From Neoconidiobolus thromboides FSU 785 (Eukaryota; Fungi; Entomophthoromycota), in contig MU626346.1 in assembly GCA_025603075.1 (NCBI GenBank), positions 1-64,000 on the forward strand: DNA of 64,000 nt, in the 5' to 3' direction. This document shows positions 1-12,623 of the stretch, piece by piece (the first letter of the stretch is position 1; the number at the start of each line of letters is the position of its first letter). The notes under the pieces were generated by a model. It searched no databases, had not been told where the DNA came from, and saw only the letters and a program-made list of their open reading frames with translations. Position numbers and translations under genes: made by a program.

Positions 1-136
1 AAATCTACAATGTTGGTTATAAAGCAGTTGATAATAAATATTTCTCAATTAAGCTTTATAAGAACATGTATTTAAGATCTAGTAGAAATTCAACTAACTT
101 ACAGTAGAAACTATAATAGAATGATTTAGAACTGTG

Positions 137-559
137 TTTGGGTACTTTTGTTTTAATGAAAGATGTGATTTTATAGAATTTTAGGCGAAGTTTTTAAAAT
201 ACAAAATTTTTCAAAAATTGGATAAAATAATGAAACTAATTCAGACAACCCCAATTAGTGATAAATATTTCTTAATAAAGCTTTATAAAAATATATATTT
301 ATTCACATATTATAGCTTTGATCAATATTAGTGCATAAACTATATCGGTATAATTCTTGCTAGTATATTAATTTTTATTAAGTTTAATAGAAATTCTGTC
401 AACTTATAACATATATTATAATAAAATAATTTAAAACTGCTAAGATACTTTTACTTTTTAATAAATTCGATATTTTTATAGAATTTTAAGCAAAGTTCTT
501 AAATTATAGATATTGAAAAGTTGGCTAAAAAAGTGAAACTAATTTAGACATCCCCAAAT
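137..559 (+). repeat. Degenerate direct repeats (two ~120-bp units, 137-256 and 438-559) whose right ends resemble the MITE right end
   Basis: ttttatagaattttaggcgaag / tttttatagaattttaagcaaag and ggataaaataatgaaactaattcagacaacccc / ggctaaaaaagtgaaactaatttagacatcccc recur about 305 bp apart. The gataaatatttc...aagctttata motif recurs near 30 and 260. Confidence 0.5.
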
Positions 560-663
560 AGTAACACTTTTCAAAAAAGTAGATAATCAAGATGGTTTAT
601 TGAATAATAGTTTGAACTAATACTTAAGCTGGCAATATTTTACAGTGCAAAGAAAATAGTAAG

Positions 664-1047
664 TTAAGCATAGTCACAGTAAAGATTACCATTATGTTGA
701 ACACATTTAGTGCCTGGTCCACAGTTACGAAAAACGAATCGACCTTGTGCACAAGTCCAAAAACCATAAGAGTAATAATCACAAAACATTAAGCCTTCTT
801 TACATACTGGATAACTGGATACCCCTAGACGGTAAATTCCTGCATGCTTACCTAATGATACTTTGGATGGGGCTACTAAATTGGATACAATGATTTTTTC
901 TTGGTTGTTGGAACTACTTACAGCCATTCGGTTACTTTTTTGATCTACTTGATTAGTGGCGGAGATTACTGAATTTAAGTCACTGTTAGCAGTGGTGGCG
1001 CAATAAACCTTGATAGCAAAGAGAGGGATTAAAGCAAGAAATTTCAT
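664..1047 (-). CDS. Small secreted protein with C-terminal CBM19-like (chitin-binding) six-cysteine module
   Basis: ATG at 1047 gives MKFLALIPLFAIKVYC (signal-peptide-like), an S/T/N-rich linker, then CKEGLMFC..FWTC..VFRNCGPGTKC..YC. This spacing resembles the CBM19 module of fungal chitinases. Confidence 0.7.
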   Translation of the reverse strand: MKFLALIPLFAIKVYCATTANSDLNSVISATNQVDQKSNRMAVSSSNNQEKIIVSNLVAPSKVSLGKHAGIYRLGVSSYPVCKEGLMFCDYYSYGFWTCAQGRFVFRNCGPGTKCVQHNGNLYCDYA

Positions 1048-2228
1048 GGTTAAATTCAAATTGTTTTAATGTACTTGCTGGCATTTTAATTTTAATTTTA
1101 AGTTTATATAGTATTATTTTAAGGTTTTTTAATTTATCTTAAAAATAAAAAATATGTATTTATAAATTTGAAAGTTTCGATTCAGTTTTCTATTAATATA
1201 TCTTAGTTGCAACTTTATCATGTTTAGTAATCAAATATAAAAGACTATTTATAAAAATTGACAAAAACCGTACTTAAATACCAGTCAAATTTTTTGTATT
1301 GAGACCTTATCCCTTAAACATAATGAGCTTGACTTAAAAGCACTAAGTATAAACAACGATTCCAAGTAGTTTATGTAAAGTTAGCATTATAAATAACTGA
1401 CTTATTGATTTATATTTATTTTTAACTTTATGACCCTAAAACTGTACATAAAGTTTTATACAAATATTTAGTTTTATTTTTAAACTTTAGCTGTCAAAGT
1501 CAGTTATAAATAATTAATATCGTACAATAAATTAGTACCAAAGTTTTACTTACTATAATTGTCATAGAAAAAGAGTGTTTTTAAAACGTGGTTATGGGTC
1601 AACAAAGGAGCAACGTTGTTGTGGTATAAGTATTATAATCTAAATCGAAAGAAGGAATACGTGAATATTTTCTTTCAACATTTTTTAAATTTCTAAGCTC
1701 AAAATTTGGTCAAATTATCAAAATTAGTGATCGAATAAGAACAAGTTTTTGTATATTGCCATCTAAAGCAGTCTTATAAACTTTTTTAGTTTTATGTAAT
1801 ATTAAATGAATTGTATATTGGCCGTTTTTTTCCATAGCTTGGTTTTTTAATTTCTAATATGTATTACATAAAACAATGAAATGATAATGAATGCTATATG
1901 AGCATTAGCGCCAAGTTGACTATTGTAAAAGATACCTAAACAAGTCAGTTAAAAGTTCTTACAGTGTAATCTGATGATGCTGCAGTTTGAAACCATAGCC
2001 TATAAAGGAAACTGCAAAAAATTATTTTTGATAAACTACTTACGAAAGTAATTATACAAACGGACATGAAAGCATATAAAGTAAGCAAAGGAATCAAAAT
2101 TGAAAAAACTGACATATATGGAGGGTTTAGTTAAATAAAGGATCAAGAAAGATGCCATTTTTAAAGATAAAAAACTTGAAGCATTTAATAAAAACAAAAT
2201 CTTAATTTTTAATCAAGTTCCACGTAGT

Positions 2229-2880
2229 TTGAGCTTAAATGGCTTTACTGAAGCTATTCATATAGCTTATACTCGACATTATGGACTTTCTTTATGCCTA
2301 TACTATCTTTTGATTATTATATTACAGGGTTTAGGTATTCACATTAACTTAAATAATGGCAAATGTAAAAAAGTAATGGGAACCGATCATGAAGAGAAAA
2401 AGGATATTAAACTTAATAGACTTAGCTTTGTATTAAGTGATGAAAATAACTGCTAAGAGTTATTTTTGAAATTTATTGAAATTATTGAAAAGAGAGTTAT
2501 TGATAAATTGTGTGAATTGCTTAATAAACTATTTTCAGCATCTAATGAATTATCAATCGCAGTCACTTCACTTACTATTATGGATATCTATAAAAGGTAT
2601 ATTGGTTATACAGTTTGCATAGCTTTTGGTATACCTGGAATTAATCTATTTGGTACTAATAACGATTAGAAAGATCTATTAGGAAGATGTAAAAAACTAT
2701 TGAACCAATTCGAAGACTGAAATTTTGGAGTGATGAACAATATTTGTACTATAGAAATTTAACAAAGTTAAAGAAAACAGTGATGTAAGTACCGAATTTT
2801 AGATTAGTCTATACAAAAGAGAAGATAACTCTGTTGGTATGTATATATTAAGCTGGATTAGGGTTTTTTATTCGTACTTA
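2229..2880 (+). pseudogene. DUF4419-family pseudogene
   Basis: NGFTEAIHIAYTRHY...ILQGLGIHIN...HEEKKDI and GIPGINLFGTNND*KDL match the DUF4419 pattern (NGFVHA..AY..H; GIP.ITL.GT..DW). In-frame TAA at 2454-2456 and TAG at 2667-2669, the latter where Trp is expected. A later fragment SWIRVF resembles the family GWI..FF motif. Confidence 0.65.
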
Positions 2881-4029
2881 CGATCTAGTACTGGTTATAT
2901 TGAAGACTTGACCATAAAGAAGAAAAAAATCATATTATATTTTCTAACTGCAGAATAAAAATAATTAGGGTGTTCTTTTTAGTTTCATTACTTTTTCCAT
3001 TTTTAAGCATTATTTAAGTGGAAGAACTGCTAGCAAAATTCTTAGACAAAAAATACATCACTGATTTATTAAAATCTTTAATGATATTCCAGCTAGCAAC
3101 TGATAGCTTTTTTGATATATATAAACTTATACTGAAACATAACGAACGATGTGATATTAGTATATGAAATTGTTAGGATAAAAAATTCGATATGAATTTG
3201 AAGACTTTCTTGGAACTAAAAAAATATATTTAAAGTCATGTCAAGTCTTCTATTTGGTTTATTTCATATGAATAAACAATAATTCTTAGATTTTATTTTG
3301 AAATCTTTAAATCAACTATTAAATACTTGATAGATCATTTAAAAAGTATTATCGAATGGTATTGCTATACATAGATTAAAGGTATTATTCTATCGATAAA
3401 TATAAATGAGCTTGTGTTTGATTTTTGTCCGGTCTTAATTTATAACGTATTCTTATAGATTACGGATAAATATCATATGGATAGTCATTCTTTATTTAAC
3501 TAAAATAATTATATAGGCTTTATAGATTCACCAAATTCAAGATTGAATTTTTTATACATTAATCAAAATTTAAAACATTTATACTAATGGATTGTCAAAA
3601 AGATCGAAAAATTAAAACCTTTTAGAGCAAAGATTCTACTACTTAAGTCTATCAAAATGTTATTTTCCCACCTCCACCTGCTCTAGGTCCATAAAACCTT
3701 ACTCGAGGAAAACCAAAGATAACAGTTTAGAAGCAGTGATTCAACTCTAAAACCGCAACTCAGCATTCTTATTGCCGAAAAAATATCCTTCAAAGATAGT
3801 AAAAGCAGTTGAAACCCACTTTTAGCAAAAGATGATTTAATTTAAAACATTCTAATAAAAAGAGCCAATGAGATCGAAGGCAACTGAACCAAATACAAAA
3901 GCATAACAAAAGAGTTGTAATACTCCAGTTAGCTCTGTTAAAGTTTGAACTTTGGCAGTTAAGCGTAACCGAACTTTGGTAACGCTTTGGATATCTTTAT
4001 AGGAAAAATCGGTCATTTATATTCATAAT

Positions 4030-5040
4030 ATGAGTAGAATATCCACTGAAAATGCTGGTGGAGATCAGCCAGGTTTAAGTAATGCTGAAAGGTTAAGAAA
4101 AAGAAGGGCAGCCCGCAATAAGAAGATACTTGATACTGGTAAAAGTAGAATAGATAAAATCATGGGAGTTTATTCTTCCTTTTCTGATAAACCAGGGGAT
4201 ATCAGTAAACCAGTTCAAAAACAAGTTGAAGAAAGTCACAGTAGTACTTCAGAAGAAATTGAAGATAAAGGTATTTTTTTATAAATGAAATAAATCAAAA
4301 AAATAATAAACAGTAGTAGCTCAAGGATTAAAAGAAGATCCACAAACAATAGGGACAGCAAAAATGAAGGTAGAGAAGAACGATATAGAAAGGGATGTTT
4401 CTATTTCAACTTCAAAGCTTGATGAAAAAGAAGAAATGACCAATTATCTTAAAGATCAAATGGAATCAATGAAGTTTTCAATATTAAATGATGTATCGGA
4501 TGAGGATAAGCAATATTTGGCCAGTATTCTTAGAGACAACTGGCTTGGGGTAGTGAACATATTGGTACCTATTTCTGGGCTATTAATTTTTCTCTTATAT
4601 TCCTTATTTACTATTCAAATTAAAAATAATGAAAGGTTGGAGATTGAACTTTTGAGTAGAAAAGAGGCTCTATACGTTGAAGTACCTTATATTGGCCAAA
4701 TTGTAAGTCATTTTCTTATTTGGTAAATTTAACTAACACGTTTAGTTTCCTTTTCATCTTGTATTGTTAATATTAATTCTAAAGCAAATATCATTCTATT
4801 TGAATTATAAGGTAATTAATAAATTTAAGGAGCAAATTAATTGACGCTAAATTACAATAGAAACAAGACAACCTAGATATGTTCCAACAAAATGGCTACC
4901 TTGGAATTATCCAGAGGCTGAAAAACTTGTTCAAATATTATTATGGTGCGGTTAACCTATTCTTTGATGATTTTTCGTTTATAATATTTGGAATAGGTAT
5001 ATATGCATTATTGAGTAACTTCATTGCCCTTTTTTTTTAA
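4030..5040 (+). CDS. GET2: GET2/CAML-like ER tail-anchored protein insertase subunit (spliced)
   Basis: The basic N-terminus AERLRKRRAARNKKILDTGKSRIDKIMG is typical of Get2/CAML. Intron 4271-4313 keeps the frame. The C-terminal TM segments end ...LFFDDFSFIIFGIGIYALL...*. Confidence 0.65.
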
Positions 5041-5203
5041 AGTAATATTTGATACATATTACTATTACTATGCTTAACAATTAAATATAAATCTCAAATA
5101 TTAATCTAACTTTTTAATACAATTTTAAAATTTGGTTATTAATTCTGTTTACTATAAAACATCGTAAAATGGTATTATAACTTTAACATTAAAAAATATT
5201 TAT

Positions 5204-5816
5204 TTAAATATACTTTTGATTTCTATATAATAAACCTGTATCATGGTTATCGCCTGAAGCAACTTCAATAACTTGGACAACCCAAACCTCATGGTCAGCC
5301 ACTGGAAAAACATGTTTTACTTTACATAAGAAGGTAGCTAAAGACTTATTTAAATAGGGAATGCTGTCAAGCCAAGAAAAATGATTCTGGCTATCATCAA
5401 ACTCACCATGACCTGGCTTTGAAAAAAACTGAGCAATTGATTTTTGGTTTGTTGTTAGAGTATTTATAGCACAGTATTGAGTTTGGTGGAGTTGGGCTGA
5501 AAAATGGGAAGGTAGTTTTACATTAAAAGTCAATAGTATTGGATCCATAGACAGTGAAGTTACCGAATTTACGGTTATTCCGGATATTGTTTTAGATTGG
5601 GATTGGGTAGTTATAACGTTTACTAGAATCAAAAGTCAGATAAAATTTACAAATTTAATTTATATTTACCTGGATTTGTTACTAAGCGTAAACTTTGTTT
5701 GACTTTATCTAAAAGTTCAATATCTTTTGTAGAATGTTGACTCTTTTGCTTTAAATGACTATCGAAATAATTAAATAATTAAAAACTACAGTATTTTGGT
5801 TTTACCTATACTTCAT
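5204..5816 (-). CDS. Flavin reductase-like FMN-binding protein (spliced)
   Basis: GITVNSVTSLSMDP and VADHEVWVVQV motifs. Upstream exons give MKYS-HLKQK...SLRLVTNP; the start codon is tentative. Confidence 0.8.
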
Positions 5817-6427
5817 TTGATGTATCTTCCTAAACGATCCATTTGTTTGTTTATTACTTATTATAAGTTCATTTTTAAAGTAATTTAATGTTTTTAATAT
5901 TTTCATTTTTAAAAATTAGTTTTTGATTAAAATTTAAAACTTTGAGTATTTAAGCTAATTGCGCAAATCCAGTCAATAAAATTATATGCTTAATAAGAAA
6001 AAACATCATAAACGAAACCCTTAATATATAAAGATTAATAGTATAAGAAATAGATATTAAGATTAGAAGTAGCTTTAATTTTACAAAGCATTAATTATGT
6101 AAAATATATTATCTAACAGCAGTAGACGTTTCAATTAAGAGAAAAACTAGACTGCTGTAGATTTATTTAATAATTTTGTTTTAAAACAGCAAGAATCGTA
6201 AAAATGTTTTAATACACATCATCGGCCTATATTGATATATAGAAGATAAAACAACTTTTTCTTAATATTATCAAACTTTTTTAACATAATTTATTAGGAA
6301 AAGTCAAATATAAAATTGGCACCCAAATTATCCCATATTTCAAAATGATTTTAAACGCAAATTTAAATCCAAATTTTTATTTAGTAATAAAATAGTAAGA
6401 ACATTCAGAAGCTTTTTTTAAGTTAAA

Positions 6428-7754
6428 ATGGTAATTTAACAAATAGACAACAAATATATAATTAAATAATGAATTTAGAGACCTATTCTTTTACAAGGGC
6501 ATACTCGTCCACTTACACAAATCAAATACAATAGAGAGGGCGATTTACTCTTTACTGTCGCTAAGGACAAAGTAGCCAATGTGTGGTATGCACACAATGG
6601 AGAAAGGCTCGGAACTTATAATGGACATAATGGTTCTATATATACTATCGATGTGACAAGTAATACAAAAATTGATATATTTTGATACAATATTAAATTG
6701 ATTAGATGACACTACCTACTGTATTACAGGTTCTGGAGACAATACAGCCAAACTTTGGAAAGTAAGCGATGGAAAGTGTCTTTATACTTGGAATGAAAAG
6801 ACAGCAGTTAAAAGATGTGAGTTTTCTTGCTCACAGGATAAAGTACTTTTTGTTACTGAGCAAAGAATGGGTTTCCCAGGTGGTGTTTCAATCTATAAGT
6901 TAGACTTTGAAAATCCTCAAAATAGTAATTAACTATCAGTTTTAAGTTATTTAAATTCTAAACGTTTTTGTTTAGCCTCACCTGTACCAATTAATGTAAT
7001 TAAAAATGAGAAAGATTCTAAAAAGATTACAGTAGCCACTTGGGCTTGGTTCGATAAAAATCTTGTAGTAGGACACTTAGATGGCAGCGTTTCTTTAATT
7101 GATTGGGAGGTAAATTATTCTTTGTTTTAAAAAAAATAATTAATAGTTGTTAGACTGGAAAAGTGTTAAACTCAATTAAACCACATGAAGAGCAAATCAC
7201 TGATATTCAAATGTCAGAAGATAAGTCTTATTTTATTACAAGCTCAAAAGATAAAGAAGCTAAAGTAAGAAGATATTAAATTTGTTAACAATTAGTATTA
7301 ATAAATATCAGATCTTTGAAACATCCACTTTAAAGATGTTAAAAAGTTATACTACAGACACTCCACTCAATTCTGCCTCTATTACTCCAATTCAAGACTT
7401 TGTAAGTATAGATCAAAAGTAGTAAGTGAATTAATAAAATAACGCTATTGCTTTAGGTAATTGTTGGTGGTGGTCAAGAAGCTATGGATGTAACTACTAC
7501 TTCTGCTAGAGCCGGTAAATTCGAGTGCCGATTCTACCATAAAATTTATAGTGAAGAAATGGGTAGACTTAAAGGCCATTTTGGACCTATCAATACCATT
7601 GCTGCTCAACCTACAGGAAAAGGGTAATTATGGATTTAAATAGTATCGCAATGATATTAAAGCTTAATTGTTATTTAGGTTTGCCAGTGGAGGAGAAGAT
7701 GGTTATGTTCGACTTCATCAATTTGACAATGATTATTTTACTTTTAGAGTTTAA
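6428..7754 (+). CDS. TIF34: Eukaryotic translation initiation factor 3 subunit I (WD40); absent from the ORF track because of introns
   Basis: ATG/intron 6431-6478/[25 protein letters not shown], then [19 protein letters not shown] and [10 protein letters not shown]; stop TAA at 7752-7754. Confidence 0.95.
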
Positions 7755-8172
7755 TAATAGTTAAAGAATGGAGATAGAAAAAATGAATTAAAACAAAGTA
7801 ATAGTATACTTTACCTCCCTTAAAATTAAGTTTGTATTATAAATGTTTAAAGATAATTCTAGAATTAAACATTTTGTAATTTGGATATTTTAATGTATTT
7901 TCTTTAGTGTATTTTCTTTAATGTTTTATTATTTTGAATAAATATTTTATATAAATATAACAATGCTCATTATATTTATTTTCTATTTACATAATCGGAA
8001 ACACTATGATTAGTTAGAAGGTATATATGGTAAATCGTACCAAATGTCTATATACTTTATTAATATTTAAGTATAAACCATGAGATTTAGATGATAAGTA
8101 TTTATATGACCTTATGATAGTTATTAAAATAATTCAACTAAAAAGTAGACAATAGTTAATATGATAACAAAC

Positions 8173-8279
8173 ATATGGGGATGTATTTTTTTGTCTGAGA
8201 ACTTTACTAACAATCTTTCTGCTCAAATAGCGCTTAAAAAATGGAGAAAGTAATGAAACCAAAAAAAACATCCCCATAT
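8173..8279 (+). mobile_element. ~107-bp MITE copy A (full length), 204 bp upstream of the ABCG start
   Basis: Perfect 12-bp inverted ends ATATGGGGATGT / ACATCCCCATAT and the shared core actaac..gctcaaatagcgcttaaa. Confidence 0.8.
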
Positions 8280-8482
8280 CTTCCATTTATTTATAATTAC
8301 TAAAAAAGGCGCTTCACTTACCTTCCATCACTCAATCAATTGGACATAGAATAAATTTAACCAATAGTAAGTTTCAACATTGTCATAAATAGCATTTTTA
8401 AATTTCGGTTGAGGTAACACTTTTTAATACTAATTAACTGTACAAACTGCGAGTGAGCTTTTTCAAAGCTAAAAGTATTAGA

Positions 8483-11400
8483 ATGAAGGTTGTAACTACA
8501 GTGCTAATCATCTGTTTATTATTGCTCAATTTATTTGGAATATATGCAAGCTTAAATCAAGATGGTGACAATAAAGATGTTTTAATAAATGGCATAAAGG
8601 AAAAAAATAAGGAAGAGGCTCCAAAGATAATAGTGCCAAGGTCTAACAATAAGGTTCAAAGTAATAATGGAAATAGCTTAAATTCAAACAGCGAAGAATC
8701 GGAGGAAGATGAAGATATTGACCTTGTAGAGGAGTTTAAAGGATTGTTTTCGGATTTATTTAAAAACAAAAAAGTTCAAGATGTCAAGAAAAAAATTTTT
8801 GAAGAACAAAAAGAGGAAAAAAAGGGAGATAATGAAAGCCAGGAAGATTTCAAATTAAAAGGTTTGTTTGATAAAGCAAAGTCACTGTTTGATGAAAGTG
8901 AGGATGATAAAGATAAAAAGGAGGATTTTAAGCTAAAGGATTTAGTCGATATGGCAAAATTAGTTTTGGATGATGGTGAAGATAACGAAAGGAAAGATAA
9001 AGGAGATCTTTATTTGAAAAACCTTTTTAATGTAGCTAAGTCAGTTTTAGATGACGATGAAGATAAAAGTGAGAAAGATCAAGAAGACTTCAGCCTCAAA
9101 AATTTATTTAGTATGGCAAAATTAGTTTTGGACGAAGATGAAGTCGAATCTAATGATAACAAACTAGAAGGCCTGAGTAATGAGCAACTTAGTTCTTTAC
9201 TTTTTAAAAAGTTAAAAGAAAAGGTTAAAAAATTAGACTTGGATGGTAAAGATCCAAACAATACCAATAAAAATGAAGATAACAAAGCTAAAAATAGTAT
9301 GGGAGGTAAAAATGAAGATCATATAGAAGATCCTATAGCTAAAAGCAGTAGTGATGGATCTGATCTGATAAACGACGACTCTAGACTAGAAATAAATTCA
9401 AAGAAAATAACGACAGAAGCACAAATATCAAAAAAAGATGATTTAGAAAACCTTTTAAAAAAGTTTAAAAACTTACATAGCTCACACTCAAAAACACCAA
9501 AACCAGAGCCTAATGCAAATCTTGCTAATGAAAAAGCAAATGATGGGACAAGTCTAAATGAAGAGGAGGATCCCGGAGACTCAGATCAAAATACTGATGA
9601 AGATTTAATTGAAGAGTTAAAATATCTATTCACCAATAGTTCCCTACATAAAAAAGCAGGGGATTTAAAAGATCAATATGTTTTAGCGCCTTGGAAAAGG
9701 TACAAAAAGATGATTGATGAAGTGGCAGTTGCAGTCAATGAAGCCTATAGTGAAATTGAAGAAGAGGAAGGAGAACTAGAGAGGGATAGACCAGAAGTCA
9801 AAGCAGATCTAAAAGCTCAAGCTCAAGCATTGTTCAATGCACCTATCAGCCAAAGTGATTTAGAGGGTTTGTATAATGTACAGAACGATGATACAAATGT
9901 AAATCCAGAACTAGGCCCAGACTCTGGTTCCTCAGCTGCTATGCTATCCGGAGTGTCACTTTCTGATGTGATAATCGTTGAAAGATGTGAAGGTACATCG
10001 CCTCATATAAATAGCAATTGCTTTTGTACTAGGGTAAAACAATGGTCATGTCCAGCGGGGCATTTTTGCATGGCACCTAATTTTGTGCAAAAATGCACAA
10101 AAGGATTTTATTGTCCAGCTGATACTTTTCAACCCTCCTTTTGTTGTGGCGGATATTATTGTCCAACCCCCAAAGAGATCAAATTATGCCCAAAAGGTCA
10201 TTTTTGTCAGGAAGGCTCCATCGAGAAACGTAAATGTTACTTTGGTAAATGCCCAGAAGGATCAAAAACCATTAGAAAGTACGAAATTTTTATCTTTTTT
10301 ATCTTTTTCTTAGTGGTCGTTTGGATCGGGTATTCGCTAAAAGAGAGGCAGTTGAAGTTTAAACGACTAGAGTATGATAGGAAGTTTGAGAACATTAGTA
10401 AAAATTCAAAAAGCATGCAGGTGTTCCAAAACTCTCCCGGTTTGAAAGTAGCAAAAGAAAAGGACTCAGTTCGATTTGAAATTAATTTTGAAAATTTAGG
10501 ATTAAAGCTTCCTAATGGGATTGAAATTATGAAGGTAATTTTTATCATATTTATTTGTTATTTCGTAACTTTAGTTTTAGGGAGTAACTGGAAAATTAAG
10601 CTCTGGAAGGACATGTGCTATTATGGGTCCATCAGGTGCTGGTAAAACAACGTTTATTTCTTTGCTCACTGGAAAGGCCAAAAAAACAGAGGGCAAAATA
10701 TTTATAAATGGAGAAGAAAAGAGTTTAGCTGCTTATCGTAAGCTTATTGGATTTGTACCTCAGGAAGATATAATGTTACGTAAATTGAATGCAGAAGAGA
10801 TCCTTACACATTCAGCTATGGTACGCCTACCAGCAGAATTAAGTGATGAGGAAAAGCATAATAAAGTATTAGAATATATTGAATATTTAGGGTTAAGACA
10901 TGTTATGCATACGATTATTGGTGACGAGGAAGATAGAGGAATATCAGGCGGTCAAAGGAAGAGAGTGAATATTGGAATGGAGTTGGTAGCTGACCCTGCC
11001 ATTTTGTTTTTAGATGAGCCTACTTCTGGGCTTGATTCTTCCACTTCGGTCGAAGTATGTTCCCTATTAAAAAATATAGCTAGGGATAAGGGCTTGACTA
11101 TTGCTGCAGTTATTCACTCTCCTTCACCTATTGCGTTTAACGAGTTTGACGATTTGTTACTTTTAGGTAAAGGTGGGAGAGTTATTTATCATGGAGCTAT
11201 TATAGATGCAATAGATTATTTCGATTCAATAGGTTTTACTTGTCCTCCTTATTCCTCTCCATCTGACTACTATATGGATGTGGCTACAGGAAAGATAATA
11301 AACTCCAAGATTGATGATTTTTCGATAACAGATCTTTATAGTCTATGGGAAGATTATGAACAAAGTAGAAATGAAGGAGTGCCTTTTACTATTAAAAAAA

Positions 11401-12623
11401 TGATAGAAATGAATCAAAAACTTTCCAGTAATTACGGAGAAAACCATGAAGCATTATTTTCGCCTCTGGGATCATCTATTTCAAGTGAGGATAGTTTAGT
11501 TAATATTAATGAATCTTATTTCAATGATACAAATGGGAAAGATAAAGAAGTTACATGTATGCAATCAACTTGTGAACCGGGATGGAGGTTGTTTTTGACA
11601 AATGTGATTTCCCCAGTATTACAGTATTTGGCTTTATTGTTTTTGGATATCCTAAGTTGGATAACTTCCGTTTTAACAGAGTTGGTTGAAACTATACTAT
11701 CCCTTTATCAAACACTTAGAAACGGAGAAAAGGACCCAGTAAGAAACACTCCAGGATTTTTCAAAGTGTTTGTATTGTGTTTAAACAGAGCTTTTATACA
11801 AATATTCCGACCTCCTCTTGGCTTTGTTTCGGATCAATTATTGCATTTTGGATGTGGTTTGTTTATTTCTATTGCTGCTCAAAATTCAGTCTTTTTAGGT
11901 CCTTTACCGGATGTCATTTGCAATGTTACTGCTCTAATGTTACTTCCAAAATGTAAACGTCCAGTTATTGACCAAGCTGCCCACATTGGTACTTTTCTTT
12001 CATGGGGTATTGGGTTTGCTGGCATTTCTGTTGGATCGGGGACATTTGGTAATGAGCGTACAGTGTATTGGAGAGAAGCCTCCTCAGGAATACCTACCTT
12101 TCCTTATTTTATAGCAAAATCACTTTCAGATATACCTAGAATACTCATTGCTTCTTTAATGTTTACATGTTCACTAATTGCAGTGTACCCCAACTCAAGT
12201 GATTTTTCACAGTTGCTTTGGATCGTAACTGCCTTATACTATTGGGGATTTTCAACGGGATACTTTATTTCTGCTTTAGTACGCAAGGAAAAAGCATCAT
12301 TGGTGGGTGTAGTCGTAGCACTGTTTTGGGCGATTGCTTTTTCAGGAGTACAACCTACTTTACGACAAGTACAAACTGAGTGGGGTCCAAATATCTTTTG
12401 GCTATTCAATTTTTCAGCGCCTCGATGGGCAATCGCTGCTTTTTATATAGTAGAAACAGAAGCAAAAGGGTACATGGATCCAGAGAAAATTGGACAGAAA
12501 TGGTTTGGGTATAGTGGGGATAGCTATGCTGGTAATCTGTTAATAGTGTTAGCCATTGGGTTTGTGTGGCAACTGTTTGCCTTTTTGGCATTTAAGTTGG
12601 CGAATAGGGAAAAGATGCAGTAA
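8483..12623 (+). CDS. ABCG half transporter with a long acidic ectodomain and Cys-rich repeats (ADP1/plant ABCG24-28-like architecture)
   Basis: Signal-like MKVVTTV..., then CPAGHFC/CTKGFYC/CPKGHFC repeats and one TM. An intron near 10535-10579 joins to GVTGKLSSGRTCAIMGPSGAGKTT. Also ISGGQRKRV, LDEPTSGLD and a C-terminal TMD. Confidence 0.9.
8843..9150 (+). repeat. Four tandem 26-27-aa coding repeats in the ABCG ectodomain
   Basis: Units start at 8843, 8921, 9002 and 9083: EDFKLKGLFDKAKSLFDE / EDFKLKDLVDMAKLVLDD / GDLYLKNLFNVAKSVLDD / EDFSLKNLFSMAKLVLDE. Confidence 0.85.

Noticed and set aside
1220-1285. Weak inverted similarity to 19300-19345
   Set aside because: Only short A/T-rich words match, which is expected by chance.
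2454-2669. Possible recoding or selenocysteine at in-frame stops
   Set aside because: The stops are TAA and TAG, not TGA, and frameshifts follow. Intact genes here show no in-frame stops.
3018-3590. Plus-strand frame with protein-like composition and fewer stops than expected
   Set aside because: It still has about 7-8 stops and no recognisable motif, so it cannot be separated from chance in AT-rich DNA.
3780-3900. Short resemblances to U4 (agccaatgag), RNase P CR-V and a U12-type donor (atatcctt)
   Set aside because: Flanking sequence does not extend the matches, and no host intron or partner motif is present.
9079-10548. Alternative-frame and antisense ORFs 9079-9285, 10083-10313 and 10237-10548
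   Set aside because: Shadows of the ABCG coding sequence.
8453-10645. 730-aa ORF as a gene separate from the 666-aa ABC ORF
   Set aside because: An intron near 10535-10579 joins them in frame (MK/GVTGKLSSG), giving one ABCG gene.
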